Shown: piece after piece, positions 44,015-52,913 of the stretch
How the letters are laid out: each line of letters opens with the position of its first letter
How positions within the stretch are numbered: the stretch's first letter is position 1
IMG/VR virus record: IMGVR_UViG_3300027754_000102
Coordinates: 1 to 59,584 of that record
Direction: 5' to 3' (one strand)
Length of the DNA: 59,584 nt
Source: a virus
Taxonomy: Duplodnaviria > Caudoviricetes
The notes under the pieces: model-generated
Seen by the model: only the letters and a program-made list of their open reading frames with translations
The model's database searches: none
Told to the model about the DNA's origin: nothing
Position numbers and translations under genes: made by a program

Positions 44015-46963
44015 ATGGGCCGTATCCCTGATCACCTTGTCAGCCTCGCCGTCCGTGCCCTTGAAAACCGCTGGGTGACCATCGGCGCCAAGGTCGGAAA
44101 AAACACCAATGGCAAGAAAAAAGGCGGGACGCCGGTCGAACTGGACGGCGAGGGCAAGATCACCAAAGGCCCCGCGGCCCTGACCGGCAAGCGACCCAGC
44201 GAGCTGTCACAATCGCTTTTGTTCACCGGCCAAGATCACAAATCCCAACGCAAGCTATTTGCCGAACCAGGCGACCCACCGCCACCGCCACCCATCGAGG
44301 AGACGCCCAAGGCGCCACCGGCGGCGGCCAAAAAGGAGCCGAAACCACGGGCTAAAAAACCGCTGAGTATGTCATTGCTAGCGGTGATTCGGCGCGAGGG
44401 CGGGATCTCGTCAGGCGACTTTGAGCACACGGATTTTAAAGAGTTTGGCCTGCTGGGTGCCCTGAACAAAAAAGGCCTTAGCCTAGACGACATGGCGGCT
44501 ACCATGGTGCGCCAGGGCCATATCACCGTGCCCATGGGCAAATCTTCGCCCAGCGACCACTTGCTGCAGCTACTAAAGAAAAAAACCAACTCATTGTTGG
44601 CAGCCGACACCGCCGAGTATGATAAGGATTACACGGCCTACATGCAGGCCCGTGAGGAGGCCCAAGCCGATGGATACGAAGAAGGACAGCTTGAAGAGGT
44701 TCGAGGACGCGGCGAGGAAGCTGGCGGCAACGAAAGCAAGGATCGACTTTTTGAAGAAATCTTTGGCGGAGATGGAAGCGGAGGAAGAGAAGCGGGCCGG
44801 GACGAAGAGCCCGGGGACCTCGCCGGAGACGCCAGCGAGCCCGCAAGCGGACTAGACACCAGCTTCGACTTCGGGCCCGCTGCGGCGCCGAAGGTCGAGG
44901 AGAAACCAAAGGCAACCAAGCAGGACAAGCCAGCACCAGCAACCACGCCACCCCCCCCACCACCCGCCACCAACCTTTTCGGCCAACCCGAGCCCACCAA
45001 ACCCCAGCCCGCCACCACGCAGGGCCTGTTTGGCACGCAGGTGCCCGTCGAGGACCCGAAGCTCAAGCCGCGGGAGACGGTCGCCGACCAGGCAGAAAAA
45101 GGCCTCGACTGGCTGTATCAGAAGCAGGACCCGAAGACCGACGGCACTGGGGAAATGTTTGGTGGGCTGTTTTCGCCTGGGAGGACGTCGGGAGCGACAG
45201 AGCCGGAGGCAGGGCCAGTGGCGCCGCCTGCTGTTGAGCCATCGGCAACGGCAGCCAAGCCCAAGGTGACGCCACCAGCACCCAAAACCCCGTATGCACA
45301 GCGCCGCGGGTCAGTCAACTTCTCGCCGGTCACCGGGCCAACCGGGCATAAGCTGGTCGGCTACAACTGGGAACACGACAAGGTCGACATGGTGGACGAT
45401 CGGGGCGAGAACCGCACCCGCAAGGTTTCAGCGTGGGACCGGTCCACCCAAGCCGACGAAACCAACCGGCCAATCGTCCACAACTTTACCGTTGAAGCAC
45501 CAGACGGCACCACCAAGACGGTCAGTCTGGAGACCGCAGCCCGCATGCTGGGATTTGATTCAAGCGGTGATGAACCCAAGGCTAAATTTCAATCTGCAGT
45601 CAGTGCGGCCAAAACCCTAGCAAAAATGCAAATGGATCGGGCCGATTTAATGCAAAGGGCTGATCGGTGGCAGAAGGACAAAGCCGACGTCGACCGCCAA
45701 GTGGAGGCATTGCCCGACGACCAGATTGAGGAAGTGCCGGACACGATGGGCCGGCCAGATTACCGCGTGTTTCGGTGGAAGAACCAGCCCGAGATCAGCG
45801 TCCGCCGCAGGATGAACCAGCCCGAGGCCGATCGGGAAGAAGGCAAGCGCCAAGTCCGATGGGCACTAGCCGACAGCGAGATGGAGAAGCGCGGCCACAA
45901 GGAAAAGAATTTTAAACCGAACACGGTCAAGATCGACGGCGACATTAAAAAGGCTCAGGAGAAACTAGACAACCTGACTAAGCAGGCCTCCCAAACCAAG
46001 CCCGAAGCGGGCCCTGCAGCTCCGCCGCCCGTTGAGCCATCGCCGCCAGCAACCAATCCCAAGGCCACGTCCCTACCTGACCGAATCAAGAACCTAAATG
46101 TTTTGCTGAACAAGACACGCAGCAGCGCCAACGCCAAAGCGCTAAGGACTGCGATAGCCCAGCTAGAGCGGGAAGCTGGGCCGGCGGCGCCGCCTGCAGT
46201 TAGTGAACGTAAACCCGCAGAACCTGCCACAAAGCCGACGCACGAGATGACTAAGGCCGAATTCCAAAAGGCCTACATGGACAAGGCCAACGAATTGCTG
46301 ACTAAGGCCAAAGAGCGCAAGATTAAGGACGTCATGGGCGTCGCTGGCAAGGCAATTGCTGAGCTGGGCGGCGACCATTTTGAGCAGATTAAAAAGGCCC
46401 GGGCAGCCGGCAAGGCCATTCCACAGGAGGTGCTGGCCGACTATCCGTATCTCAAAGAGCCGCACGAGATGAGCCAGCAGGAATGGGCCGCAAAATGGCT
46501 GGCTAGCAGCCCCGGGCGAGCCCCACGCGACATCGACATGGACCTAGTTAAACTGCTGCGCAAGGCCGACGTTAAGCGGGCTATTGACGCAGGCAAGCAG
46601 GTGCCGGCTAGCGTGTTAAAAGATTACCCTGAGCTAAAGCCAGGGACCGAAAACTATGAACCTCTAGACGACCGCGAAGACCCAAGCAAATCCTCGTTTT
46701 GGCTGAATCAAAAAACTCAACTAGAAAAAACCAAGCCAAGGCCTTTAAACAAACTTTACGGACCAAGCCCAACCCCAGAGCAGGTGGCCTACCACCAAGA
46801 ACTAATGAAGACTTGGAACAGTAAAAACCGCAACGCAGAGAAAAAAAGAAAAGAGTTGCGAGAAATAGAAGATGCGGCCTACAGGAAAAAAATGACCACC
46901 GAATCCCGCACCCTGTCCACCATTCGCCAGCAGCTCCGGGAGGCCTTCCGCCAATGTCCCTAG
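44015..46963 (+). CDS. 982-aa modular protein (putative internal/ejected polyvalent-type protein)
   Basis: Between capsid and neck genes; domains separated by Pro-rich linkers; duplicated 'HEM...E[FW]...AGK.[IV]P..VL.DYP.L' units. Confidence 0.55.
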   Translation: MGRIPDHLVSLAVRALENRWVTIGAKVGKNTNGKKKGGTPVELDGEGKITKGPAALTGKRPSELSQSLLFTGQDHKSQRKLFAEPGDPPPPPPIEETPKAPPAAAKKEPKPRAKKPLSMSLLAVIRREGGISSGDFEHTDFKEFGLLGALNKKGLSLDDMAATMVRQGHITVPMGKSSPSDHLLQLLKKKTNSLLAADTAEYDKDYTAYMQAREEAQADGYEEGQLEEVRGRGEEAGGNESKDRLFEEIFGGDGSGGREAGRDEEPGDLAGDASEPASGLDTSFDFGPAAAPKVEEKPKATKQDKPAPATTPPPPPPATNLFGQPEPTKPQPATTQGLFGTQVPVEDPKLKPRETVADQAEKGLDWLYQKQDPKTDGTGEMFGGLFSPGRTSGATEPEAGPVAPPAVEPSATAAKPKVTPPAPKTPYAQRRGSVNFSPVTGPTGHKLVGYNWEHDKVDMVDDRGENRTRKVSAWDRSTQADETNRPIVHNFTVEAPDGTTKTVSLETAARMLGFDSSGDEPKAKFQSAVSAAKTLAKMQMDRADLMQRADRWQKDKADVDRQVEALPDDQIEEVPDTMGRPDYRVFRWKNQPEISVRRRMNQPEADREEGKRQVRWALADSEMEKRGHKEKNFKPNTVKIDGDIKKAQEKLDNLTKQASQTKPEAGPAAPPPVEPSPPATNPKATSLPDRIKNLNVLLNKTRSSANAKALRTAIAQLEREAGPAAPPAVSERKPAEPATKPTHEMTKAEFQKAYMDKANELLTKAKERKIKDVMGVAGKAIAELGGDHFEQIKKARAAGKAIPQEVLADYPYLKEPHEMSQQEWAAKWLASSPGRAPRDIDMDLVKLLRKADVKRAIDAGKQVPASVLKDYPELKPGTENYEPLDDREDPSKSSFWLNQKTQLEKTKPRPLNKLYGPSPTPEQVAYHQELMKTWNSKNRNAEKKRKELREIEDAAYRKKMTTESRTLSTIRQQLREAFRQCP

Positions 46964-47172
46964 CCCAAAACATCCTCGACCTGCAAACCCAGCGCGACGG
47001 CCTGATGGCCGCCCTGCTGGCCGACTCTGCCGACCCGCAGCCCGACTACTCGGTCGGGGGGCAGTCCGTGCAGCGCCAAGCATGGCGCGAGGGACTGATG
47101 CGACAGGTCGGCGAGATCAACAAAATGTTGGCCCGCCTGCAGCCGAGAGAGTTCCGCGGCCAAATCCTCTGA
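46954..47172 (+). CDS. Head completion protein (lambda gpW-like)
   Basis: 'DYSVGGQSVQR....L...V..I...L'; size; fits the lambda-like portal. Confidence 0.7.
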   Translation: MSLAQNILDLQTQRDGLMAALLADSADPQPDYSVGGQSVQRQAWREGLMRQVGEINKMLARLQPREFRGQIL

Positions 47173-47180
47173 GGTGACCC

Positions 47181-47531
47181 GTGCCAACTATCAACGTCGA
47201 AAGCGACTTCCTGGCCGTGGACAACCTGCAGACGGTGACCATCACCAACCCCGACGGCGCCACCACCAGCACCCGGGCCCTGCAGGAGGGCGTCGACACC
47301 GTGCCCTACGACCTCGGCAACGGCGCCCTAGGCTATCGCACCTACTGCACGTGGCACTTGTGGCGGGCCGACCTGTCGGGCCTAGTGCCGCAGTTTTCCA
47401 CCGTCGTGACTGATGGCGACGGCCGCCGCTGGTTCGCCGGCGGCATCACCGCAGCCACCTGGGGTACCCGGTACGTGCTGCAGTGCGAGGCCGAGAGCGG
47501 GCAGGCCGTCGAGGAGATCAACCCGATATGA
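47181..47531 (+). CDS. Head-tail joining protein
   Basis: Position and size; GAGGTG RBS. Confidence 0.6.
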   Translation: MPTINVESDFLAVDNLQTVTITNPDGATTSTRALQEGVDTVPYDLGNGALGYRTYCTWHLWRADLSGLVPQFSTVVTDGDGRRWFAGGITAATWGTRYVLQCEAESGQAVEEINPI

Positions 47532-47962
47532 GCCAGTATTTGGCGATTCTGGAAGCCGTGCAGCTACGAGTGGCCGCAGTATCTGGTGGCGTGCCCGTAG
47601 TGATCCGGCGACGGCCGCAGCAACTAAACGTCGACACCCTGCCCGTCATCGTGGTCGCACCAGGGCCAGAGGGAGAGTCGATTGAGCTGGAGACGTTCGG
47701 CCGTGGCGTCACTTGGGCCTATCCGGTTTACGTTGTTGTATTCGTGAAAGGCAACCGCGAGCTGTCCATCGCCTCGGATGACTTCGACCTACGCGAGGCC
47801 GTGCGCAACGAAATCTACCAGCCACTGCTATCTGGGGCCGGGGCGGTCTATGACATCGACCTAACCCTGTCGGGGCCGTTCAACCTGCGCAACACAGAGA
47901 ACACGACCGAGACCGACGCGTTTCACGTCATTTACAAGAGTAGCGAAACGAGGACCGCCTGA
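47528..47962 (+). CDS. Tail terminator-like protein
   Basis: 'ILEAVQLRV', 'LPVIVV.PG.E'; position. Confidence 0.65.
   Translation: MSQYLAILEAVQLRVAAVSGGVPVVIRRRPQQLNVDTLPVIVVAPGPEGESIELETFGRGVTWAYPVYVVVFVKGNRELSIASDDFDLREAVRNEIYQPLLSGAGAVYDIDLTLSGPFNLRNTENTTETDAFHVIYKSSETRTA
47927..47935 (+). promoter_or_regulatory. Module B GTCATTTAC motif before tail operon
   Basis: Exact 9-mer 26 nt upstream of ATG 47962. Confidence 0.55.
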
Positions 47963-48438
47963 TGCCGTTGACCCTGTCGAACATCAACGCCGAAATCGGT
48001 TGGACTCAAACGAAGTCCACCACCTATGGCAGCGTGAAGCAGGGCCCGGCCAAATTGTCGGCCAGCCTGGCGCCATCGGTGACCACGTTTAACGAGCTGC
48101 TGGCCGTGCAGGGCACCCTGGCGGCTTCGGCCAATACGACCATCGACCTGTATTCAATCACGAATCTACTTGGCGACGCAAAAACCCTGACCAAGGCCGT
48201 CGCCTTGATGGTCAAGGCGACCACGACCGGCATGAAGATTGAACCGGGCGCAAGCAACCCGCTGACTTGGTTTTTCGGTGGCACCAGCCCGTCAATCAGC
48301 ATCCAGTCCGGCGGCTTCATGCTGCTGGGCGACGGCACCGCGTTCACCCTATCGGCAAGCGTTCGCAACCTAAAAATCACCAACCTGTCCGGGTCCCTGA
48401 CTGGGACTTATGACTTAGTCCTGCTGGGAGGCACATAA
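47962..48438 (+). CDS. Putative tail structural protein
   Basis: Beta-rich, Ser/Thr/Gly-rich; first gene of the tail block. Confidence 0.55.
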   Translation: MPLTLSNINAEIGWTQTKSTTYGSVKQGPAKLSASLAPSVTTFNELLAVQGTLAASANTTIDLYSITNLLGDAKTLTKAVALMVKATTTGMKIEPGASNPLTWFFGGTSPSISIQSGGFMLLGDGTAFTLSASVRNLKITNLSGSLTGTYDLVLLGGT

Positions 48439-48439
48439 T

Positions 48440-48811
48440 ATGGCGTTTTATAGTGGCAAATCTGGATCTGTATCGGTGGCTGGCACGCCCCAGCCGCTGA
48501 CCGACTGGTCTCTTGAGGTGGCCAGCGAGCCCGTCGACACCACCAACTTCACCAGTTCCGGCTACGCCGAGAGCGAGGCCGGCATCACCAGCGCCAATAT
48601 CACCTGTTCGGGTCCGTACGATGGCAGCGCCGGCGGCGCAAGTTTTTCTGTCGGGGCCGCGGTTGCGTTCATACTGAAATATGACAGCGCCGGCGCCGGT
48701 TTTACGGTGACCGGGCGCGTGACGGGCTGCAGTATCAGCCAAAACGTCCGGGGCGTGGCACAGGTCAATATCACCGCGCAGTCCACCGGGTCCTTCACGG
48801 TCACCCTGTGA
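48440..48811 (+). CDS. Major tail tube protein (module B)
   Basis: 'FYSGKSGSV', 'WSLE...E.VDTT', 'AGITSA.I..SG.YD'. Confidence 0.8.
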   Translation: MAFYSGKSGSVSVAGTPQPLTDWSLEVASEPVDTTNFTSSGYAESEAGITSANITCSGPYDGSAGGASFSVGAAVAFILKYDSAGAGFTVTGRVTGCSISQNVRGVAQVNITAQSTGSFTVTL

Positions 48812-48827
48812 CCAGGAGGAGGCGGGC

Positions 48828-49235
48828 ATGGCGACCACCTTCTACAAAGGCAAATACGGCGCCGTCTCGTTTGGCCCACGCATTGGTGGCGTGATGCAGC
48901 CGGTTACCGAATGGTCCCTGTCCATATCTACTCCCGAAATCGACCAATCCAACTACGACCAGCCCACCGGGTTCTTCGCCGCCGGCATCCCGACGGCGAT
49001 GGTTTCCATGTCCGGCCCGTATCCGCAGGCAGGCATGAACCTGCAGGGCGGCAAGACGGGCACGGTCACCCTGTACCTCGATCAGGACGCCGACGCCGGG
49101 TTCACTCTGCCCGTGCTAATTACATCTTTGGGGCTGCGCACGAATGCCCGCGGCGTGGCAATGGTCGACTTGACCGCCATTTGCACGGGCAACTTCCAAG
49201 ACGGAGACGCTGACACCAGCGTGATCACGATATGA
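48828..49235 (+). CDS. Second tail-tube-like paralogue (module B)
   Basis: 'FYKGKYG.V', 'QPVTEWSL', 'AGI..A..S.SGPY', 'N.RGVA' shared with the preceding gene. Confidence 0.72.
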   Translation: MATTFYKGKYGAVSFGPRIGGVMQPVTEWSLSISTPEIDQSNYDQPTGFFAAGIPTAMVSMSGPYPQAGMNLQGGKTGTVTLYLDQDADAGFTLPVLITSLGLRTNARGVAMVDLTAICTGNFQDGDADTSVITI

Positions 49236-49642
49236 GCGTATCTCAGGCAATTGCGCAACCAATCACCGCCGAAATTGGCGGCAGAACCTACACGGTTCAA
49301 TTGATCAAGCAGAAGACCAAGGCTGCACTAGAACAGGCCTGCAAGGCCCAGGTGCGCGCCGAAATCATGATCGACAAGGGCAACCTGACCGACGAGGAGT
49401 TCAAGATCGCCTACGGGGCGTTTCTTGACCGGGTCGGTGGTGGCGAATTCGCCTTTGGCGGTCCGATACACCGCAAATGGATGGAGTCGCCCGCGGGCCT
49501 GCATGCGCTGGTTAGCGTGCTGTTCGGTCTCACCCCCGACAACGCCGCAGACCTGATCCAGCAGCAAAGCGAGGAAGTCGCCGCAGTGATTCAGCAGGTA
49601 TTTTCCGAGTCTTTCCGCGCAGCCCCGGCAATCGCCCAGTAG
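49232..49642 (+). CDS. Tail assembly chaperone (module B)
   Basis: 'PITAEIGGRTYTV'; position between tube and tape measure. Confidence 0.7.
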   Translation: MSVSQAIAQPITAEIGGRTYTVQLIKQKTKAALEQACKAQVRAEIMIDKGNLTDEEFKIAYGAFLDRVGGGEFAFGGPIHRKWMESPAGLHALVSVLFGLTPDNAADLIQQQSEEVAAVIQQVFSESFRAAPAIAQ

Positions 49643-49683
49643 CGAATGGCGGGGCGGAGAAAGGCGACAGCGCCAACGGGCCG

Positions 49684-49956
49684 ATGGACATAGTCACCCT
49701 GTATGCAGCGCTATCCGGGGAGCCGTTCCTGCTGACGCTGGCGGAGATCGGGGAGCTGACCGACTGGCAGATTGAGCGGGTTTACGGGCATCCGCGCAAC
49801 CGGAAGACGGGACAAGTGGAAGAGAAACCGCCGGAGCAGCCAAAGCGCATGACGAACGAGCAGCGCAAGGCGCAGTTCCTATCGTTGGGCCTGGCGTTAG
49901 GTCAGAAGCGGGACGTGCTGGAAAAGGCCTGGGAAGAAAGGAGCAACGGCAACTAA
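49684..49956 (+). CDS. Tail chaperone second ORF (probable -1 frameshift product)
   Basis: 'EIGELTDWQI'; its frame is -1 relative to, and open back into, the upstream chaperone. Confidence 0.68.
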   Translation: MDIVTLYAALSGEPFLLTLAEIGELTDWQIERVYGHPRNRKTGQVEEKPPEQPKRMTNEQRKAQFLSLGLALGQKRDVLEKAWEERSNGN

Positions 49957-49957
49957 C

Positions 49958-51388
49958 ATGAACACCACCACCGCCGCGCTACCTCTGATCCGGGCCCTGG
50001 ACAAATTCGCTACCAACCTGGCACTGGTCGGTCGCGGCCTGTCGGGCCGGGACGGCGTCGGGTCAACCGCTGGCGCTATTGGCGGCATGGCCTCAAAGAT
50101 CCCGGGAGTAGGCGCCGCAGCAGCAACCGTACAGCTTGGCATGAAATTGCCCGTGGCCGGATCGTTTGCCAAGCTGGGCCTCGAAGGCATGATGCTGCCC
50201 CTGCGCAAAATCATGGGTGGTTTTTCGGCCCTGCTGTTGCCCCTGACCAAGATGGCAGCCAAGGCCGAGGTGATGGCCGCGGCATTCAACAACGCCGGCA
50301 AGGCCTCGTACGCCTACAGCGACGCAATCGGCAGCAGTACCCAGAACATCGCCGGCGCGGCCAAGTCTTTCATGGATTCGTTCAGCGACGCCATGACCAG
50401 CCCAATGTCAGGCCTGCCCGCCCTAGTGGGCGCCGTGCGGCCGTTCGTCGAGGCGTTCAACCCATACGTCCTGCACCAGTTCGACGACGCCATGCGGTCG
50501 GTCTACGCCGTAATTGGCGAGGCACTGGTGCCGGTCGTCAAGGTGGCCGCTCAGGTGCTGCGGGAGTTCGCCGGCTACCTGCGGCCGGTCATGAAGCAAC
50601 TGCAGCCAATTTTCGAGCAGATGGCCAGGCAGATGGGCGACTTCCTCAAGGACTTGATCCCTGAGCTGGCCCGCTTCGCCGAGGAGCTGGTGCCAATGTT
50701 CCGCCTGTACCTGCAGGGCCTCAAGGACGCCGTCGGCGGGCAGAAAAAAATGATGGCGGCCGGCCTGCTCTGGGCCACCGGACAAATTAGCACCCTGGAA
50801 ATGATCAAACGGGGCATCATCCAGTGGCTGTCGACTCTGCCCTACGTTGGCAAGTATTTCAAGGTCGAGGAGAACAAGGCCAGCAAGGCGGCTGACGATA
50901 TGGAGTTTAAGCAGGCTAAGGGCAAGGTGGCCAAGGAGGAAATTTTCAGCTTTGGCGCCCCGACCAGCCCGCAGTTCAAATCGGCTGATTCACTGGGCCG
51001 CGACACCCTGCAGGCTGCCTACGCGGCGATGCCAAACATGGACGCAAAAAACGAACAACTGGCGGTTCAGCAGGACGTCGCCAAAAACACCGGGGAGGCA
51101 AACGACTTGCTAAAAGACATCATCGACGTTTTGAAATCACCGTGGGATCAGGCCGTGAAGTTTGGCAGCGACACCGCCCGGGCGTTTTCAAGCGTGCAGG
51201 GTGGCGCCGACGTCTACGACGAGCGACTGGCGGCCGCCAAAAAACCTGGCGCCGGCTATGGAGATAAGATTCTTGGCGGGTCCCAATGGGCGGCCGGGCA
51301 GTTGACCGAGGGCGTTTACAACTTCGGCGTCGGCGTCGGCAACCTGTTTTCCGGTCGCAAATTAAATGAAAACATGGTGGACATTTAA
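49958..51388 (+). CDS. Tape measure protein (476 aa, module B)
   Basis: Ala/Gly-rich amphipathic repeats such as 'IGEALVPVV...LRPVMKQLQPIF'; position. Confidence 0.82.
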   Translation: MNTTTAALPLIRALDKFATNLALVGRGLSGRDGVGSTAGAIGGMASKIPGVGAAAATVQLGMKLPVAGSFAKLGLEGMMLPLRKIMGGFSALLLPLTKMAAKAEVMAAAFNNAGKASYAYSDAIGSSTQNIAGAAKSFMDSFSDAMTSPMSGLPALVGAVRPFVEAFNPYVLHQFDDAMRSVYAVIGEALVPVVKVAAQVLREFAGYLRPVMKQLQPIFEQMARQMGDFLKDLIPELARFAEELVPMFRLYLQGLKDAVGGQKKMMAAGLLWATGQISTLEMIKRGIIQWLSTLPYVGKYFKVEENKASKAADDMEFKQAKGKVAKEEIFSFGAPTSPQFKSADSLGRDTLQAAYAAMPNMDAKNEQLAVQQDVAKNTGEANDLLKDIIDVLKSPWDQAVKFGSDTARAFSSVQGGADVYDERLAAAKKPGAGYGDKILGGSQWAAGQLTEGVYNFGVGVGNLFSGRKLNENMVDI

Positions 51389-52464
51389 TGGCGTTCACCA
51401 ACCTGCAGAATGCTGTCGAGCGCATCAGTGGCATCAGTCCGTCGCCGTTTGGTTTTGGCGTGGACGCCGGGCGGGCCCAAATGCTGCTGACGATCCCGGC
51501 CAACTACCTACTGCCCGCCATGCGCGAGGCCCTCGGCTACACCACCGCGTCCGGGGTCGGCCTGCAGAGGTCCCTGCCATTAGCTCACCCGATGTTTCCG
51601 TGGCTGTTTTGCGAGCGGATCAGCAACGGCCAGGGCGTTCAGTTCAAGGACAAGCGCAGCAGCACAGGCGAGGAAAACGGCGTCACCGTCGACCTAGAGG
51701 CCGACCCGTTTCCCTATTACGCCCGCTACGAGTCTTACGAGCTAGCCCTGGAGTTTTTGCCCCGCCCGTACGCCGTCGTGACCGACCAGCAGCTTCAGAC
51801 TAAAACAATCCAATGGTGGGACATTGACACCCCGGCAGGGGCGCCACTGTCGTTTGAGGTGCAGACCGAATGGTGGCGCTACCTAGAGCCCGACCAGCAG
51901 CCAGCAGGCGACTATATCACCGCCGCGCAGGGCGCCTTCCTGTTCCGCATGGACAGCAACCCCGCGGGGTTTTCCCTGCAGAACGTCGGCATCCCGACCG
52001 GGCAGCTCAAGCTCTACATCTCCAGCAAGGCCGTCAAGTTTCGCTGGTACCAGGTGCCCTTGGCGTGGGTGCAATCGTCCTACAGTTACTTCGACCGATA
52101 CACCGGCCGGGTTAACCAATACGAGTTTTACAACTACCCGAAGGGCACCCTGTTGCTTAACAGTGTTGACGTGATGCGCGTCTACACGCAGCCCTTCCCC
52201 GAGTTCGTGCCGTACAACGGGGCGTTTTTGCCCAGCCAGCAAAAGCTCTGCGACCTGCAATTCAACTGCGTTTATCGCAACCCGACGCTGGCCAAGCCCT
52301 ACACCCCGGGCGGCACCGAGAGCAAGAACAATATCGTGGCCGGTCACAATCTGATTCCCTGCCACATTGACAACAAGTTCTACTACGGCACCAACGAGAA
52401 CAACAAGCTGGCGATCTACCCTAGCGTGCCATTTGAAATTTTCTTCCGAAATCCGGACGCCTAA
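51388..52464 (+). CDS. Putative tail tip/hub protein
   Basis: After tape measure; 'LPLAHP.FPWLFC', 'YPKGTLLL'. Confidence 0.55.
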   Translation: MAFTNLQNAVERISGISPSPFGFGVDAGRAQMLLTIPANYLLPAMREALGYTTASGVGLQRSLPLAHPMFPWLFCERISNGQGVQFKDKRSSTGEENGVTVDLEADPFPYYARYESYELALEFLPRPYAVVTDQQLQTKTIQWWDIDTPAGAPLSFEVQTEWWRYLEPDQQPAGDYITAAQGAFLFRMDSNPAGFSLQNVGIPTGQLKLYISSKAVKFRWYQVPLAWVQSSYSYFDRYTGRVNQYEFYNYPKGTLLLNSVDVMRVYTQPFPEFVPYNGAFLPSQQKLCDLQFNCVYRNPTLAKPYTPGGTESKNNIVAGHNLIPCHIDNKFYYGTNENNKLAIYPSVPFEIFFRNPDA

Positions 52465-52466
52465 CC

Positions 52467-52913
52467 ATGCGTTTCACGTCCGCCACCCCCGGCTTTAATC
52501 TGTCCAACGACGGTCAGGGCGCCCTGGTCCTGCAGGCCCCGCCAGGCTTTTTTGTCGCCAAGATCACCGGGTCATTCACTGCAGCGGGCGCCACCTATTA
52601 CACCTGGGCCGAGCAGGAGCCACAGGAAGACGGCACCGGCTACCGCAACATACCCAACGGCAAGACCGGCACCAGCACGGCTAACTGGGCCCGTGAACTC
52701 AACGGCGCCACATCGGTGGCGATTAACACAATCGTGCTGATGCGGCCGGTCATCGTCACCAAGGCCGGCGGGGCGGGCAAGACGCAACTGCATGAGTTTG
52801 CGGTGGCTGGTGCGCCCGTTTCGCAGGCCGTCGTCACCGCGGTCACCTGCTCCAACGGCAACCTGACGGTGACCACTAAAACCATCACCGTGCCAGGCAT
52901 GGTGGTGACCTAA
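52467..52913 (+). CDS. Putative tail tip protein
   Basis: 'FVAKITG', 'YYTWAEQ', 'ARELNG'; C-terminal motif shared with 11876-12346. Confidence 0.55.
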   Translation: MRFTSATPGFNLSNDGQGALVLQAPPGFFVAKITGSFTAAGATYYTWAEQEPQEDGTGYRNIPNGKTGTSTANWARELNGATSVAINTIVLMRPVIVTKAGGAGKTQLHEFAVAGAPVSQAVVTAVTCSNGNLTVTTKTITVPGMVVT

